From positions 255,069 to 305,231 of the forward strand of contig VRVR01000030.1 of the NCBI GenBank assembly GCA_009859145.1: a DNA stretch of 50,163 bases, in the 5' to 3' direction. A program made the translations under genes and the position numbers. Below the pieces are notes generated by a model. It made no database searches, was not told the origin of the DNA, and saw only the letters and a list, made by a program, of their open reading frames with translations. Source of the stretch: Andalucia godoyi And28 (Eukaryota > Protista > Jakobida). Position 1 is the first letter of the stretch, and every line of letters begins with the position of its first letter. Shown here piece after piece: positions 1-9,799 of the stretch.

Positions 1-183
1 GACCCGCGCATTTTCCACTCGAAAAGAAACCGAAGTGCGTGTGTTGAATCCGCGATCGACAAGACGAAGAAGAGACACGTCATTGTTTTTCTCATTTCAT
101 ATTTTTCAGGGAAAAAAATTAAAAACCAATAAATAATATTATTTAAGAGTTCTGATTGACGAAGAAGCAAGGTGTGAAGAGCA

Positions 184-1239
184 ATGTACAGTTCGCCGTT
201 GTTGAGTGATTCATTGTTGGAAGTGCCAAAGCTGCAGAGTGCGCGATGGGCGGATTTCCGTGCGCTGCAGACTTTTGCATGGGACTCGTCGACGCCGCTT
301 TCCGAGCTATCTTGCCCGGTGTTTGGAGCGGTGGTGTACCTGTGCACCGTATTTTTCCTATCGAGATTCATGAAGAACCGAGCTGCGTTTTCATTACGGT
401 CAATCACAGCAGTCCATAATCTGTTCCTTTCGGTGCTGTCCTTTGCTATGGCAGTTGGGATTTCTGTTCAGGTGTTGTATGAGTTCCGGTCTGTGCTGTC
501 TCCGCTGTTCGGGCCTGGCAACTCGTTCCTGTTCTTTTCTCCTCGATGGCTCTCATTTCTGGTACGCCCGTCGTCGACGTTGGGGCTGTTGAACAGTACC
601 GAGGATGCTGGCAGTGGAGGCATCTGGGACTCGCTGCTAACGGTGTTTTGCGATCCACAGTCGAAGCTCACGACTGGTCCGTTGATGTACTGGTCGTATC
701 TTTTCTACGTGTCAAAGTACTACGAATTCATCGATACGTTTCTGATGTGTCTTCGCAAGAACGAGCTTGGATTCTTGCATGTGTTCCATCATGCAACAGT
801 GCCGCTCTTGTTCTGGGTATACATGACAGATCGGCAGACTGCACACTGGCCATTGGTGCTCCTCAACGCAGGAATGGCGCATGTGCCCATGTACTACTAC
901 TATTACCTCACTTCGCGATACCAAGGCATCAAGGTTCCTTGGAAGCACTGGATCACCAGACTCCAGATTGTACAGTTTGTGCTTGACTTGACAGTGTCGT
1001 GGTCGTTTGTCGTCTATGAGCACATCATTGGAATCGACTGCGCTGGAGGCGCGACGGGATTCGTCCTTGGGCAGTGCATCGGAGTCGCATTTTTGTACTT
1101 GTTCATTGACTTTTACATGCGGTCTTACACTGCAAAGGGTAAGGCTTCTCGTCCCAGCACCACCAAGAAGAATCCCCCTAGACCACCACCACCACCAGCA
1201 GCAGCAGCAGCAGCAGCAGCCAATTCCAAACAAGACTGA
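184..1239 (+). CDS. Fatty acid elongase (GNS1/SUR4/ELO family)
   Basis: Motifs KYYEFIDT, LHVFHH (HxxHH), HVPMYYYY and TRLQIVQF; multiple hydrophobic segments. Confidence 0.95.
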   Translation: MYSSPLLSDSLLEVPKLQSARWADFRALQTFAWDSSTPLSELSCPVFGAVVYLCTVFFLSRFMKNRAAFSLRSITAVHNLFLSVLSFAMAVGISVQVLYEFRSVLSPLFGPGNSFLFFSPRWLSFLVRPSSTLGLLNSTEDAGSGGIWDSLLTVFCDPQSKLTTGPLMYWSYLFYVSKYYEFIDTFLMCLRKNELGFLHVFHHATVPLLFWVYMTDRQTAHWPLVLLNAGMAHVPMYYYYYLTSRYQGIKVPWKHWITRLQIVQFVLDLTVSWSFVVYEHIIGIDCAGGATGFVLGQCIGVAFLYLFIDFYMRSYTAKGKASRPSTTKKNPPRPPPPPAAAAAAAANSKQD

Positions 1240-1430
1240 AAATGGCTGATTGAACGAACGGATGAATGAACTGAACGAATAAACGTGCGAATGAAACGAT
1301 CGGCATCATCATCATCTTCTTGACTCGTGTGTTTTACATTGTTGCTGTTGTTTGCTGTTGTTGTTGATGGTGGATTCTTTTTTTGAGGAGAAAGAGAGGG
1401 AGAGGGAGGTCAATGCTATGCTTGCAGCCC

Positions 1431-2033
1431 TCAAGAAGGAGAAGAGGCAGCGGCGGCAGGATGGGACGAGGAGAGTTCTCTGATCTTATCCTTGACGAAC
1501 GCCTGTGCCGCATCAGCGTTGAACTGCTGTCCTGAAGTATCGATGCGTTGGCTCATCTTCTCGAGTGTTTCCTTGAGCATCTCGCCAAATTCGATTGCCA
1601 TGTCCTCCATTTTTTGTTTTTGCTCTGCGATTTCACGGTCCTTCATCCCGACCAGATGGTCCTTTTCCTTCTTTTGCTGCTCGAGGGCAATGCGCGAAAG
1701 CTCCAGCTCATCCCGCAGATTTGCAATTGTGTTTTCCAGTACATTGATCCGCGTAATCAGCTCTTCCTGCATCGCCTTGTACTGACGCGTCATGTCAGAA
1801 GTAATGGCAAAACGATCATCCTGCTCCTTTGAAAAGTCCTCGTGCAGCTCTCGAACCCGCGTAGACAACTCAAGCTGCTCGCTCTTTGACTTGAACGTTT
1901 GCTCCGATCGCATCGCCAGAAACCGCTCCAGAGCTTCAATCCGCCGCTCATATCGCTGGATCTTCTCCTCGGGACTCATCTCGTCATCATCACCACCCTT
2001 CTTCTTGTCCTTCCCGGCCTTCTTCGGTGGCAT
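1431..2033 (-). CDS. CCDC153: Coiled-coil protein, CCDC153/DRC12-like (dynein regulatory complex); start placed at MPPKKAGK
   Basis: About 200 aa; MPPKK-K-rich N-terminus followed by a continuous coiled coil ending MAIEFGEMLKETLEKM; family recognised from memory only. Confidence 0.65.
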   Translation of the reverse strand: MPPKKAGKDKKKGGDDDEMSPEEKIQRYERRIEALERFLAMRSEQTFKSKSEQLELSTRVRELHEDFSKEQDDRFAITSDMTRQYKAMQEELITRINVLENTIANLRDELELSRIALEQQKKEKDHLVGMKDREIAEQKQKMEDMAIEFGEMLKETLEKMSQRIDTSGQQFNADAAQAFVKDKIRELSSSHPAAAASSPS

Positions 2034-2147
2034 TCTTCTCGTCCGTTTTTCTTCTCTTGCTCTTACGCTTCCTTGCTCAAAAGAAAAACGAACCAATATA
2101 TAATGACTGCGTGTATCCTCCTCCTAAAGCTACCAATGCCACCAACT

Positions 2148-2190
2148 CTACCACTACCACTACCACTACCACTACCACTACCACTACCAC
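2148..2190. repeat. (CTACCA)n hexanucleotide microsatellite
   Basis: Directly visible tandem repeat. Confidence 0.9.
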
Positions 2191-2416
2191 TACTACTAGC
2201 CGTCGCTATCATGAAAAGCCAGAAAAAGAAAAAGAAGAGAGAATTCAGAAACCATGAAAGACGCATCCTGGAATTACCACGGAAACTTAACCGTTTTTTG
2301 CCTACGGCCGTTGGAGGCCTTTTTCTTCTTTCTTCTGTCAGTTTACTGATGTGATGATTCGTACGGACTACAGGATAGTAGAGAAGAGACGGAAAGGCAA
2401 GGGGGTGTGTCAGCTG

Positions 2417-4174
2417 TCAAGCAAAGAAGGGCTTGTAGACACCTCGCTTGTTCCTTGCGGGGGCCGACATGTCGAGTCTGCGCTGGGCTTCACGAATGTG
2501 CTCCGGCTCGATGGCGGTGCGGTTCTTGTCGCCCTGTCCGATCCATTTGCCCACAATCGGCGCCTGCAGAACTCCCATTCCAGTTCCCTTAATCACGGGG
2601 TTCGCAAGCAGCCGATCCGATAGCATGAGTACGGACGCGCCAGTCCCAAACAACACGGTGTCGCGAGCTTCAATCCGTGCAAGATTGACGTGATGATGAC
2701 TGTGGTGTGCATGGTGTCGAGCCGCCGCCGACCCACTCATACTTGTGCTTGTGCTGGTGCTTGAGTTTGTTGCTGATGCGAATCCACCCATTCCAGCACC
2801 AGTACCAGCGCCAGCACCAGCACCGGAACTTGTGCTTGGTCCCATGCCCGGGGGCCCAAACGAAGAGCCAGCAGCAGACCCACCGACAGATGATGCAGAG
2901 GTGGACGAGGATGCCGCCGCCGCCGACGAAGGCACAGACAATAGTGACCCCGAAGCAGAAGCAGACGCAGAAGAGGAGGAAGCCGAGGAAGCACTGCCAC
3001 TTAATGATACGTTTGTTGTTGGATTTCCGGTTGACGAGACGAGCGAGAGTGCACCAGGTCCAAAAGAAGGTGCCATGGACGGGGCGAAGGAAAGATTAGG
3101 ACCGAACATCGGTGCAAGGTTATACATTGCAGAGATGCCGGAAGGTGGTACTGGACTCGCGGATGGTCCCAGGATATCTCGTTTGACGAGTATGGCGAGC
3201 TGGACAAGGAGACCGACTCTGCGGAACGCAAGATGACCAAGGACATCCAGCACATCCTCATCAAGAATATTTGCAAGACCGATCCATTCGCGAAATGCTC
3301 TTGTCTTTTTGTATGAAAAGGACGTTGCTCGGAGCATGGAGTATTCTTCATACTCGGAAATGCTCATTGACTCGGACATCCAATCCGCAACTGCAAGCGC
3401 GCGCTTCTTCGCCGGGGTCGGGAGCGCAAGGAGATTGTGCGGATCAAACGTAAGCGACGACTCGTCAGCGTCAGAATCATCCGAAAAATAGTCCAGCTGC
3501 GCTGCAAACGACGACGGGTCTGTCGACAATGGCCGTTTTGCAGGTCGATGACTTCTAGCAGCCGACGCAGCAGCATTGGCATTCCCGCCGGAAGAGCCGT
3601 TATTTGTTGAAGATGACGAAGAGGCAGAAGCGGTGGTGGCGGATGCCGCACTTGATGAAGCAGAGGAACTTGGTTGTGGAGGTCCGATTGCAGTTGCAGA
3701 GGGAATGGTGGGAGCATTGTCCGCCATGTGACCCCTTCGAATCGCGTCCTTCCATGACAAGTATCTTCTTAGCAGCGCAACAAGCTCTACATCTTTGGAG
3801 AACAACGACAGGATAGAATGCACCGTCACTGGCTTTTCGCCTTGATCGGAACCCGCCACCAGTGCATAGTGCGAAGTCAAAATCGATGGGTTTGACGACG
3901 TCGCCTGGGCCTCAGCTTGAGCTTGAGCCTGAGCCTGAGCCTGAGCCTGCGCCGGTGGCTTTGTCGATGACGACTTAAATGTAGTCGTGGGCATTGTGGG
4001 ACTCGGAAGATGGGAAATGATATCCAACAGATGCAAATGAACCAAATGGGTCACAAGACGCACCGATCGCTGATTAGGGTTCGCAACATCGCCGAAAAGC
4101 ACCATCAGCCGTTGCACATCTGCATGAAACGACGTCCATGCACCTCCTGACTGCCCTCCTCCCGACTTGCTCAT
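2417..4174 (-). CDS. SPT3: SAGA subunit Spt3 (two histone-fold halves, long low-complexity inserts); start at 4174 or 4279
   Basis: VQRLMVLFGDVANP (first fold); EYEEYSMLRATSFSYKKTRAFREW, DVLDVLGHLAF and IEPEHIREAQRRL match Spt3 motifs. Confidence 0.85.
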   Translation of the reverse strand: MSKSGGGQSGGAWTSFHADVQRLMVLFGDVANPNQRSVRLVTHLVHLHLLDIISHLPSPTMPTTTFKSSSTKPPAQAQAQAQAQAQAEAQATSSNPSILTSHYALVAGSDQGEKPVTVHSILSLFSKDVELVALLRRYLSWKDAIRRGHMADNAPTIPSATAIGPPQPSSSASSSAASATTASASSSSSTNNGSSGGNANAAASAARSHRPAKRPLSTDPSSFAAQLDYFSDDSDADESSLTFDPHNLLALPTPAKKRALAVADWMSESMSISEYEEYSMLRATSFSYKKTRAFREWIGLANILDEDVLDVLGHLAFRRVGLLVQLAILVKRDILGPSASPVPPSGISAMYNLAPMFGPNLSFAPSMAPSFGPGALSLVSSTGNPTTNVSLSGSASSASSSSASASASGSLLSVPSSAAAASSSTSASSVGGSAAGSSFGPPGMGPSTSSGAGAGAGTGAGMGGFASATNSSTSTSTSMSGSAAARHHAHHSHHHVNLARIEARDTVLFGTGASVLMLSDRLLANPVIKGTGMGVLQAPIVGKWIGQGDKNRTAIEPEHIREAQRRLDMSAPARNKRGVYKPFFA

Positions 4175-4680
4175 CCACCCCGCACAACCCGCAGCTCTAA
4201 TGTATACCAGCAGCAATAAGCAATAAGAAGCAGCAGTAATGGCGTTAAACGGATCCTCTACCTTCTCGGAAGGCTCCAAAGTCCAAACCCAAGCATGTCG
4301 TGATTCTCATAGAGGGGGAAGCATGTTGCACTACGATCGGCAGTCAGCACAAAGCCACGAAACTCCAAAGACGAAGAGTCGAAACTTTCGTTGCTGTTGC
4401 GCAGAGCTCACCAATCTCCCAAGGCAAATATGCGCACTGGGTTGGTGCTGTTTCCAAGTCGAAAGAGTGTACGAAAGAAAGGCAACAACAACAACGTCGT
4501 TCCGAACAAGGCAGTTTTGTGAAAGCGACAGAAACGCGGCAAGGGTTTGGGGTTTTAACTAGTAGGTGCTGTTCCTGTAATAAGAATGCTTGTGTTGTTA
4601 AGAAAACGTCATACATCTGAAGAATAAAGAGCACCCTGTACAGCAAAAAGACATTTCATCGGTGTGTGTCTGTGGGGGAT

Positions 4681-5700
4681 TCACGGAGCAGGACTTGTGT
4701 GCGTGTTTCCTGCGATGCGAAACCGCCACCAGTGGTGCTTATCTGCACCGGCGTATTCGATCCCGACTCTCGGAGACTCGATGATTTGGAACGATTGGCA
4801 GTCGGACAGTGACATTCTCCCTGGCCCGCGAAGTTGTGCCCCGAAACGCTTACCCACCGCTACTTGCCCATCACTGGCGCCCTGTTGACGTCGCGGTCTC
4901 TTTCTGCTCGGTTGTGTTTCCTCTTCCACATCTCCCATCCCCACCACCGTCGCTGCCTCCAGCTTTTCTGCAGGTTCGTGGATTCTCGTGTGTGCCCGCA
5001 TGGGTGCAATGGACGTGACGAAAGTCGATCCGGCGTCTTCGATCCATATGTTGCTGGATGCCGGGTCCAAAAACGCGAAATTGAACGACCCGTCAATCCC
5101 AAGAGCAGTCGTCACGAGACCCGGTCCGCATCCCAGCGGCCTTTTCAGCGCCTTGTACTGCGCTTGCAGCACCATCAACAGCTCGTCACCACCACCACCA
5201 CCGTCACCGCCATTCGGCATCGTTGGCGACAGCAGACTTTTCTTCTTGGAAGCAAGCATCGATCGTCGCATCATCTCTGTGGTGCCCTCAACAGGCTGAA
5301 TCGCACGGATAAGCACGCAATATGGAGTGGATTTTGGACCAGCGCTGATGTTCAGCAGCCAGTGAATCCCATAGCACTTGTACACGTACACACACCCGCC
5401 AGACTCATATAGCGGAGCCGTCCGCTGTGTCTTTCGATCTCCAAATACATGACTCCCGCGATCATTCACTCCTGCATACGCCTCCGTTTCCACAATCACC
5501 CCGCTCGTATACACCCATTCCTCGTCCTCGTCCTTCTTCTCCTTCAATTCTTCTTGCGTCGCGTCGTGTCCCTGTCCTCTGCGGTGCGATCGCGTGACAA
5601 GAAGCTTCCCTAACAATCCTTTTGCACACGAGATCGCATCGCTTCTTTCAAAATACTCCAACGGCACCAACGGATACCGCTTGGTCATCTTCCCCGCCAT
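4681..5700 (-). CDS. MPG: 3-methyladenine DNA glycosylase (MPG/AAG family); start placed at MAGKMTKRY
   Basis: AKGLLGKLLV, GVIVETEAY, VYVYKCYGIH, VLIRAIQP, GPGLVTTALGI, SPRVGI and WRF motifs. Confidence 0.93.
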   Translation of the reverse strand: MAGKMTKRYPLVPLEYFERSDAISCAKGLLGKLLVTRSHRRGQGHDATQEELKEKKDEDEEWVYTSGVIVETEAYAGVNDRGSHVFGDRKTQRTAPLYESGGCVYVYKCYGIHWLLNISAGPKSTPYCVLIRAIQPVEGTTEMMRRSMLASKKKSLLSPTMPNGGDGGGGGDELLMVLQAQYKALKRPLGCGPGLVTTALGIDGSFNFAFLDPASSNIWIEDAGSTFVTSIAPMRAHTRIHEPAEKLEAATVVGMGDVEEETQPSRKRPRRQQGASDGQVAVGKRFGAQLRGPGRMSLSDCQSFQIIESPRVGIEYAGADKHHWWRFRIAGNTHTSPAP

Positions 5701-5996
5701 TCGCAATCCCCAAAATCCCGACTTTCCCAATCCAGAAAACCAATCACTTCCCGCAGTCCCCACACGGCGAAACTCCCGACAGCCTCTCAGAAGGCCACAC
5801 AGCATTGGGGAGTTGGAGGATAAAAACCTCCGACTGCCCTCCGCCAGTCGACGCTTGTCAACTGCACCACTCTTCGATTATGGTTGTGGAAGGATATATA
5901 TATTGCATGGTAGCGTGTTGGCTTGAGGAGGCAAAACAAGAACGACGCAGTACGCTTGTATACGAAGATAAAGCGGACATCGAAAGACAGACAGAC

Positions 5997-5998
<2 letters not shown>

Positions 5999-6028
<30 letters not shown>
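5999..6028. repeat. (GA)n microsatellite just upstream of ATG 6055
   Basis: Directly visible. Confidence 0.9.
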
Positions 6029-6054
6029 CAAAGAGGTTTTATATTGCGGGAGTG

Positions 6055-7086
6055 ATGATTCAAGCTGTGTTGATTACGACGTCTTCGGGGATGCTAGTGT
6101 ATCACAAGGCGTATCCATCGTTTCACACGACGGGGTTCTCGGCGTCACCACCACAAGTGTCCGGGGCAGGTGGGCGGCAAGCAGTGAACCCGAAGGCGCA
6201 GACAGTGGCGACACAGCCGCGGCTTGTGGCGTCTCTGTTGACTGCGATTACAGAGTTTTCGATGCGGACGTTGGGAATGCGGCCGCTGCAAGTGCGGCTG
6301 AACCATCAGACGGTGTGTCTTGCGTACTCTGTGAATCCGGACTCGCCGGCGGTGCTGTCGTGTGCGGTCTTCCTGGACCCCGAAGACGGAATTGTGTTGG
6401 GAAAGTTCCTTGCACAGGAGCTTCTTGGGCGGTTCCTGGCGGCGTTTGTGGCTCCTGCGCGGTCGAGCCAACAGCAATCGTCTGCAATGGACACTCTGTT
6501 CTGGAATGCACACATGCCGAGGTTTGCAGCCGAGTTTGGCTCGCATGTTCCCGACTGCTTGCGCGCTTGTGTCCGGTCGCTGCTCATTCAGCTCGTGCAC
6601 CATGCAAGAGGCGGCGTGCGAGGCGCGGTGCTGGTTGCGGGTCCACGAATCGTGTTTTCTACAATGGCATTGCAGCACACTGGAGTGGCGTTCCAAGCAA
6701 GTCCGCCAACCGTACTGGCGAGCCAAGGATCGGACAGTGGGTTTGATGGAACACGTCTTGTCGCGGCACTCGGTGCGATGAGAAACATGGGGACGGACGT
6801 CCTTGCGCCGTTCAACGATGCGCCGCGTGACGTTGTGTTTGCGGGAAAGGGAGGCGCAATCCGCATCTTCTCGCTCCATGCAGAAGAGGCGTCGTTGGTC
6901 GTGCTGTATCGAGCATCGGCAGTGAATGCGGAAAGCGCCGGGAAATCAACCGCCGTCGAACTGTCTCTTCGTGCCACGCAGTACGCTGTCACGGGTCTCT
7001 CGTTGCTGATCCATGCGCTGCGCACTGTTGCAGATTCTAGATCTGGTTCTCTATTGGTGCCGTCTTCCGTCAGTCGCATGTCCTAG
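6055..7086 (+). CDS. Uncharacterised protein with an N-terminal longin-like domain and a probable C-terminal roadblock-like domain
   Basis: 343-aa open frame; start moved past the GA repeat. Pattern MIQAVLITTSSGMLVY / QPRLVASLLTAITEFS / LSCAVFLD / helix fits a longin fold. Fold call is inference. Confidence 0.7.
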   Translation: MIQAVLITTSSGMLVYHKAYPSFHTTGFSASPPQVSGAGGRQAVNPKAQTVATQPRLVASLLTAITEFSMRTLGMRPLQVRLNHQTVCLAYSVNPDSPAVLSCAVFLDPEDGIVLGKFLAQELLGRFLAAFVAPARSSQQQSSAMDTLFWNAHMPRFAAEFGSHVPDCLRACVRSLLIQLVHHARGGVRGAVLVAGPRIVFSTMALQHTGVAFQASPPTVLASQGSDSGFDGTRLVAALGAMRNMGTDVLAPFNDAPRDVVFAGKGGAIRIFSLHAEEASLVVLYRASAVNAESAGKSTAVELSLRATQYAVTGLSLLIHALRTVADSRSGSLLVPSSVSRMS

Positions 7087-7288
7087 TGCACTCACGGTTG
7101 TTTTTTCGCATGCGTCATTTTTCCAAATACCATTGTCAAGGAGATTTCCCCTTCTTTGTCCCAAAAGCCACCATGCAACGCCGTCGCCGGCAGGTATCGC
7201 CACGCTCGGCCCCGTATGTATGGCGATGTGCCTACGTTCCTTCTAACTCCCTCACTTTTATTCTATTCTATTTTTTGATTTTAAATCA

Positions 7289-9472
7289 CTATTCCGCGTT
7301 TGCGGCCTGCGTCACGACGCTCTGCGCCAGTCGGAAGATGTTCACATGAGACGCAGTCCCACGCTTCCAACCGTCTGGATACCATCCTTGGTCTCGCTGA
7401 CACATTCGATCGTAGTACCACTGCAGTTGCGGGTACTGACCGGCAAGGACTAATCCTCTTCGCACCAGATACTCCAGTACAGGGAAAAACGCGACGTCTG
7501 CGATCGTCACGCAGGAAGCAAACGGCTCTTCTTGAATATATGACTCCCATATGCGCAGCTGCGAGGCTGTATGCTCGAGGGCACTGCGGATCGACGCCTG
7601 CTCGCCATTTGCCAGTGTCAGCACGCTCTTCGTAAACAAGAGTTCCATGCCTTCATAAGCGCTTATCAAATACTCCGTCTCTTGCATCCGTGTGCGCACT
7701 ATTCCTTTCAGACGCAAAGGAAGGTTTCTGCAAAACGAGATTGATGATTGAGCCGGATTCGTCGAGGACGAGGCAACTTCAGTGCCATCTGTCTGCAAAG
7801 CCGATTCATCAAGATGCGTCAATATTGCCAGAGATTCATGCAGGACCGTCCCGTCTTCTTCAAGCAGCACTGGTGTTTTCCCTTGAGGATTGATATGCAA
7901 AAACAAAGGGTTGCGCGTATCTCGCACTTTGCCCATGATTTTCATGCGAACGGGCTTAAAAGGCAGCCTGCATTCGAGGAGCATCATCATTGCACGCATG
8001 CTTGGAATCGAGCCGTTCACATAAAACAGTTTCCGTGTGTACAGTGGTGCGCCCTGGATCCTCTTTGGGTTGCAAATGGCGCGCGAGCGAAAGCCTCCGC
8101 CATACACAGCCATCCACCGAAACACCGAGCTCGTCAAGCGATTTTCTAAATGAAATGCAGCGAGCATTTCCGTTTCATCCGTGTCACGCATCGGTGTCTC
8201 CAAACCTCGCAGGGCTTCCAAGAACGTGCGGAACGGACTTCCTTGGCCCCATATGAGCTGCTGCGAATCCATCGATGTTTCAAATGTGCCAATCTTTCGA
8301 AATGTGAACGAAACCCGCTCACCTTCGATGGGCTTCCCATGTGCGTTGTACTTTTTCGGAATGCTGTGGAGGTAATCCGCATTGGCAGCCAGGGACAGTA
8401 TGAAAACCGATCCGTGCACCATGGGAATTTCAACCGTGCGCGATATTCCTTTTGCTCTGAGCACCATGGTCCGCGTACTGCCGAAGCTGACATTCACAAT
8501 GTTGGTGCTAGGGATAATATCCAGTGTCTTGTCAGAGTGCTCGCCAATGTTGTCTTCTCCGTGTCTGTATCTCTGCAACAAACCGTGATTCAAATCGTGT
8601 CCGACAACCAATTCCACCCGCCGACGGATCTCATCAACGATTGGCGAAAACCCGGATGCGACAGGGTGTTCCGACGCTGGATGGCGATAGAGAGGCATGG
8701 TCGGTCCGTTCAACATCTCGCATTGCAGAGCAACCAACCGCGGAACGACGCTAGTACCATGAGAATGCATCACACCCCATTTGATTTCATCGATAATGGA
8801 GCGGACATCGTAATCGGCAAGGACGCGGGGATAGAGGGTGAATCCATCACCAGCAAGCGACAGATTCGCAGGGATTGCAGAGTCTTTGAGGATGTCTTCA
8901 AAACGAATTGTTTGGATACTGCTGCATCTCTCCTTCATTTCCTTGAGAGCTCTCCGATGGTCTTGCGATGTTGCAGCGGCGCAAAGGTCGCTCACCACTT
9001 GCACCGTATAGCCAAGATGCACCGCGTCCAACGCACTGGCCAAAACACAAACATTGGTAGCAACGCCAACGATCCACAATTCCGTGACTCCGCAGCGCTG
9101 CAGATCTTCGTGTAATGTTGTGTTTGCAAACGCAGAGTACCACCGTTTGCACACCACCACATCGGAAACAGGGTCGATCGTCAGGGGATGTGCGAGCTCG
9201 TGGCCAAACGTTTGCGGAATGCAGCATGTCTTTCTCCCTCGGTGCGTGCCGTTCAAAAAGGCGCTCTTTTGCGCGGAAATGACAATGTCCGGTTCGTCCG
9301 TGCAGTTCGAGTAGTCGGAAAGAATCCAGAAAACCCATTTCCCGGTTGCGCGAGCAGTAACGCAGCACCATTGAATGCCTGTTGAGAGTACGTGAGCATC
9401 CACATGCCGTTGCGGAAACGCACCGTTCGGATGAAGAAAATCGTTTTGACAATCAATGACGAGAAGAGCCAT
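7289..9472 (-). CDS. Fusion of isochorismatase/cysteine hydrolase, 2OG-Fe(II) oxygenase (AlkB-like) and GST-like domains
   Basis: VIDCQNDF, KRWYSAF, GVATNVCV (D-K-C triad); HSDK, HSIP, RVSFTFR (HxD..H..R); INPQGKTPVL, ESLAIL, TIADVAFFP (GST N/C). Confidence 0.9.
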   Translation of the reverse strand: MALLVIDCQNDFLHPNGAFPQRHVDAHVLSTGIQWCCVTARATGKWVFWILSDYSNCTDEPDIVISAQKSAFLNGTHRGRKTCCIPQTFGHELAHPLTIDPVSDVVVCKRWYSAFANTTLHEDLQRCGVTELWIVGVATNVCVLASALDAVHLGYTVQVVSDLCAAATSQDHRRALKEMKERCSSIQTIRFEDILKDSAIPANLSLAGDGFTLYPRVLADYDVRSIIDEIKWGVMHSHGTSVVPRLVALQCEMLNGPTMPLYRHPASEHPVASGFSPIVDEIRRRVELVVGHDLNHGLLQRYRHGEDNIGEHSDKTLDIIPSTNIVNVSFGSTRTMVLRAKGISRTVEIPMVHGSVFILSLAANADYLHSIPKKYNAHGKPIEGERVSFTFRKIGTFETSMDSQQLIWGQGSPFRTFLEALRGLETPMRDTDETEMLAAFHLENRLTSSVFRWMAVYGGGFRSRAICNPKRIQGAPLYTRKLFYVNGSIPSMRAMMMLLECRLPFKPVRMKIMGKVRDTRNPLFLHINPQGKTPVLLEEDGTVLHESLAILTHLDESALQTDGTEVASSSTNPAQSSISFCRNLPLRLKGIVRTRMQETEYLISAYEGMELLFTKSVLTLANGEQASIRSALEHTASQLRIWESYIQEEPFASCVTIADVAFFPVLEYLVRRGLVLAGQYPQLQWYYDRMCQRDQGWYPDGWKRGTASHVNIFRLAQSVVTQAANAE

Positions 9473-9799
9473 GGATGAGGAGAAGAAGCAAGGATCATGG
9501 AATCTGCGGTGAAGTTCCCAGAAGAAGAAGAAAAAGAAGAAGAAAAAGAAGAAGAAAAAGAAAAAGGAAAAACCAGCGAGTGCAGGATCCATCTAGGGAA
9601 GGCACATCTTCATTCTCGCAAACAAGCCCGACATCGATGAAGTTCAACGAACCTGCATGACTCAGCAACACCATCAAAGAAAAACGATTCAAGCCAGTTC
9701 GTCCTTCCATAATAATAATGATGATGCACAACGCACATCGTGAAATGGCATCACGAGAAAAATCGACAGGAGCTGCCAAAAGCGATCGTTCGCAGCTTC

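Noticed and set aside
4239-4620. Second TnpB-like relic (TSRCCSC; SDRNAAR)
   Set aside because: The motifs are in different frames and in the wrong order, with no supporting context
5622-6746. Long alternative-frame and antisense ORFs overlapping real genes (e.g. 5622-6746, 8150-9115, 21257-22396, 27499-28407)
   Set aside because: Shadow ORFs typical of about 50% GC coding DNA; no motifs
9473-9779. N-terminal extension or upstream exon of the isochorismatase fusion (poly-Phe)
   Set aside because: Poly-Phe is a translated (TTC/TTT) spacer repeat and there is no GTATG donor
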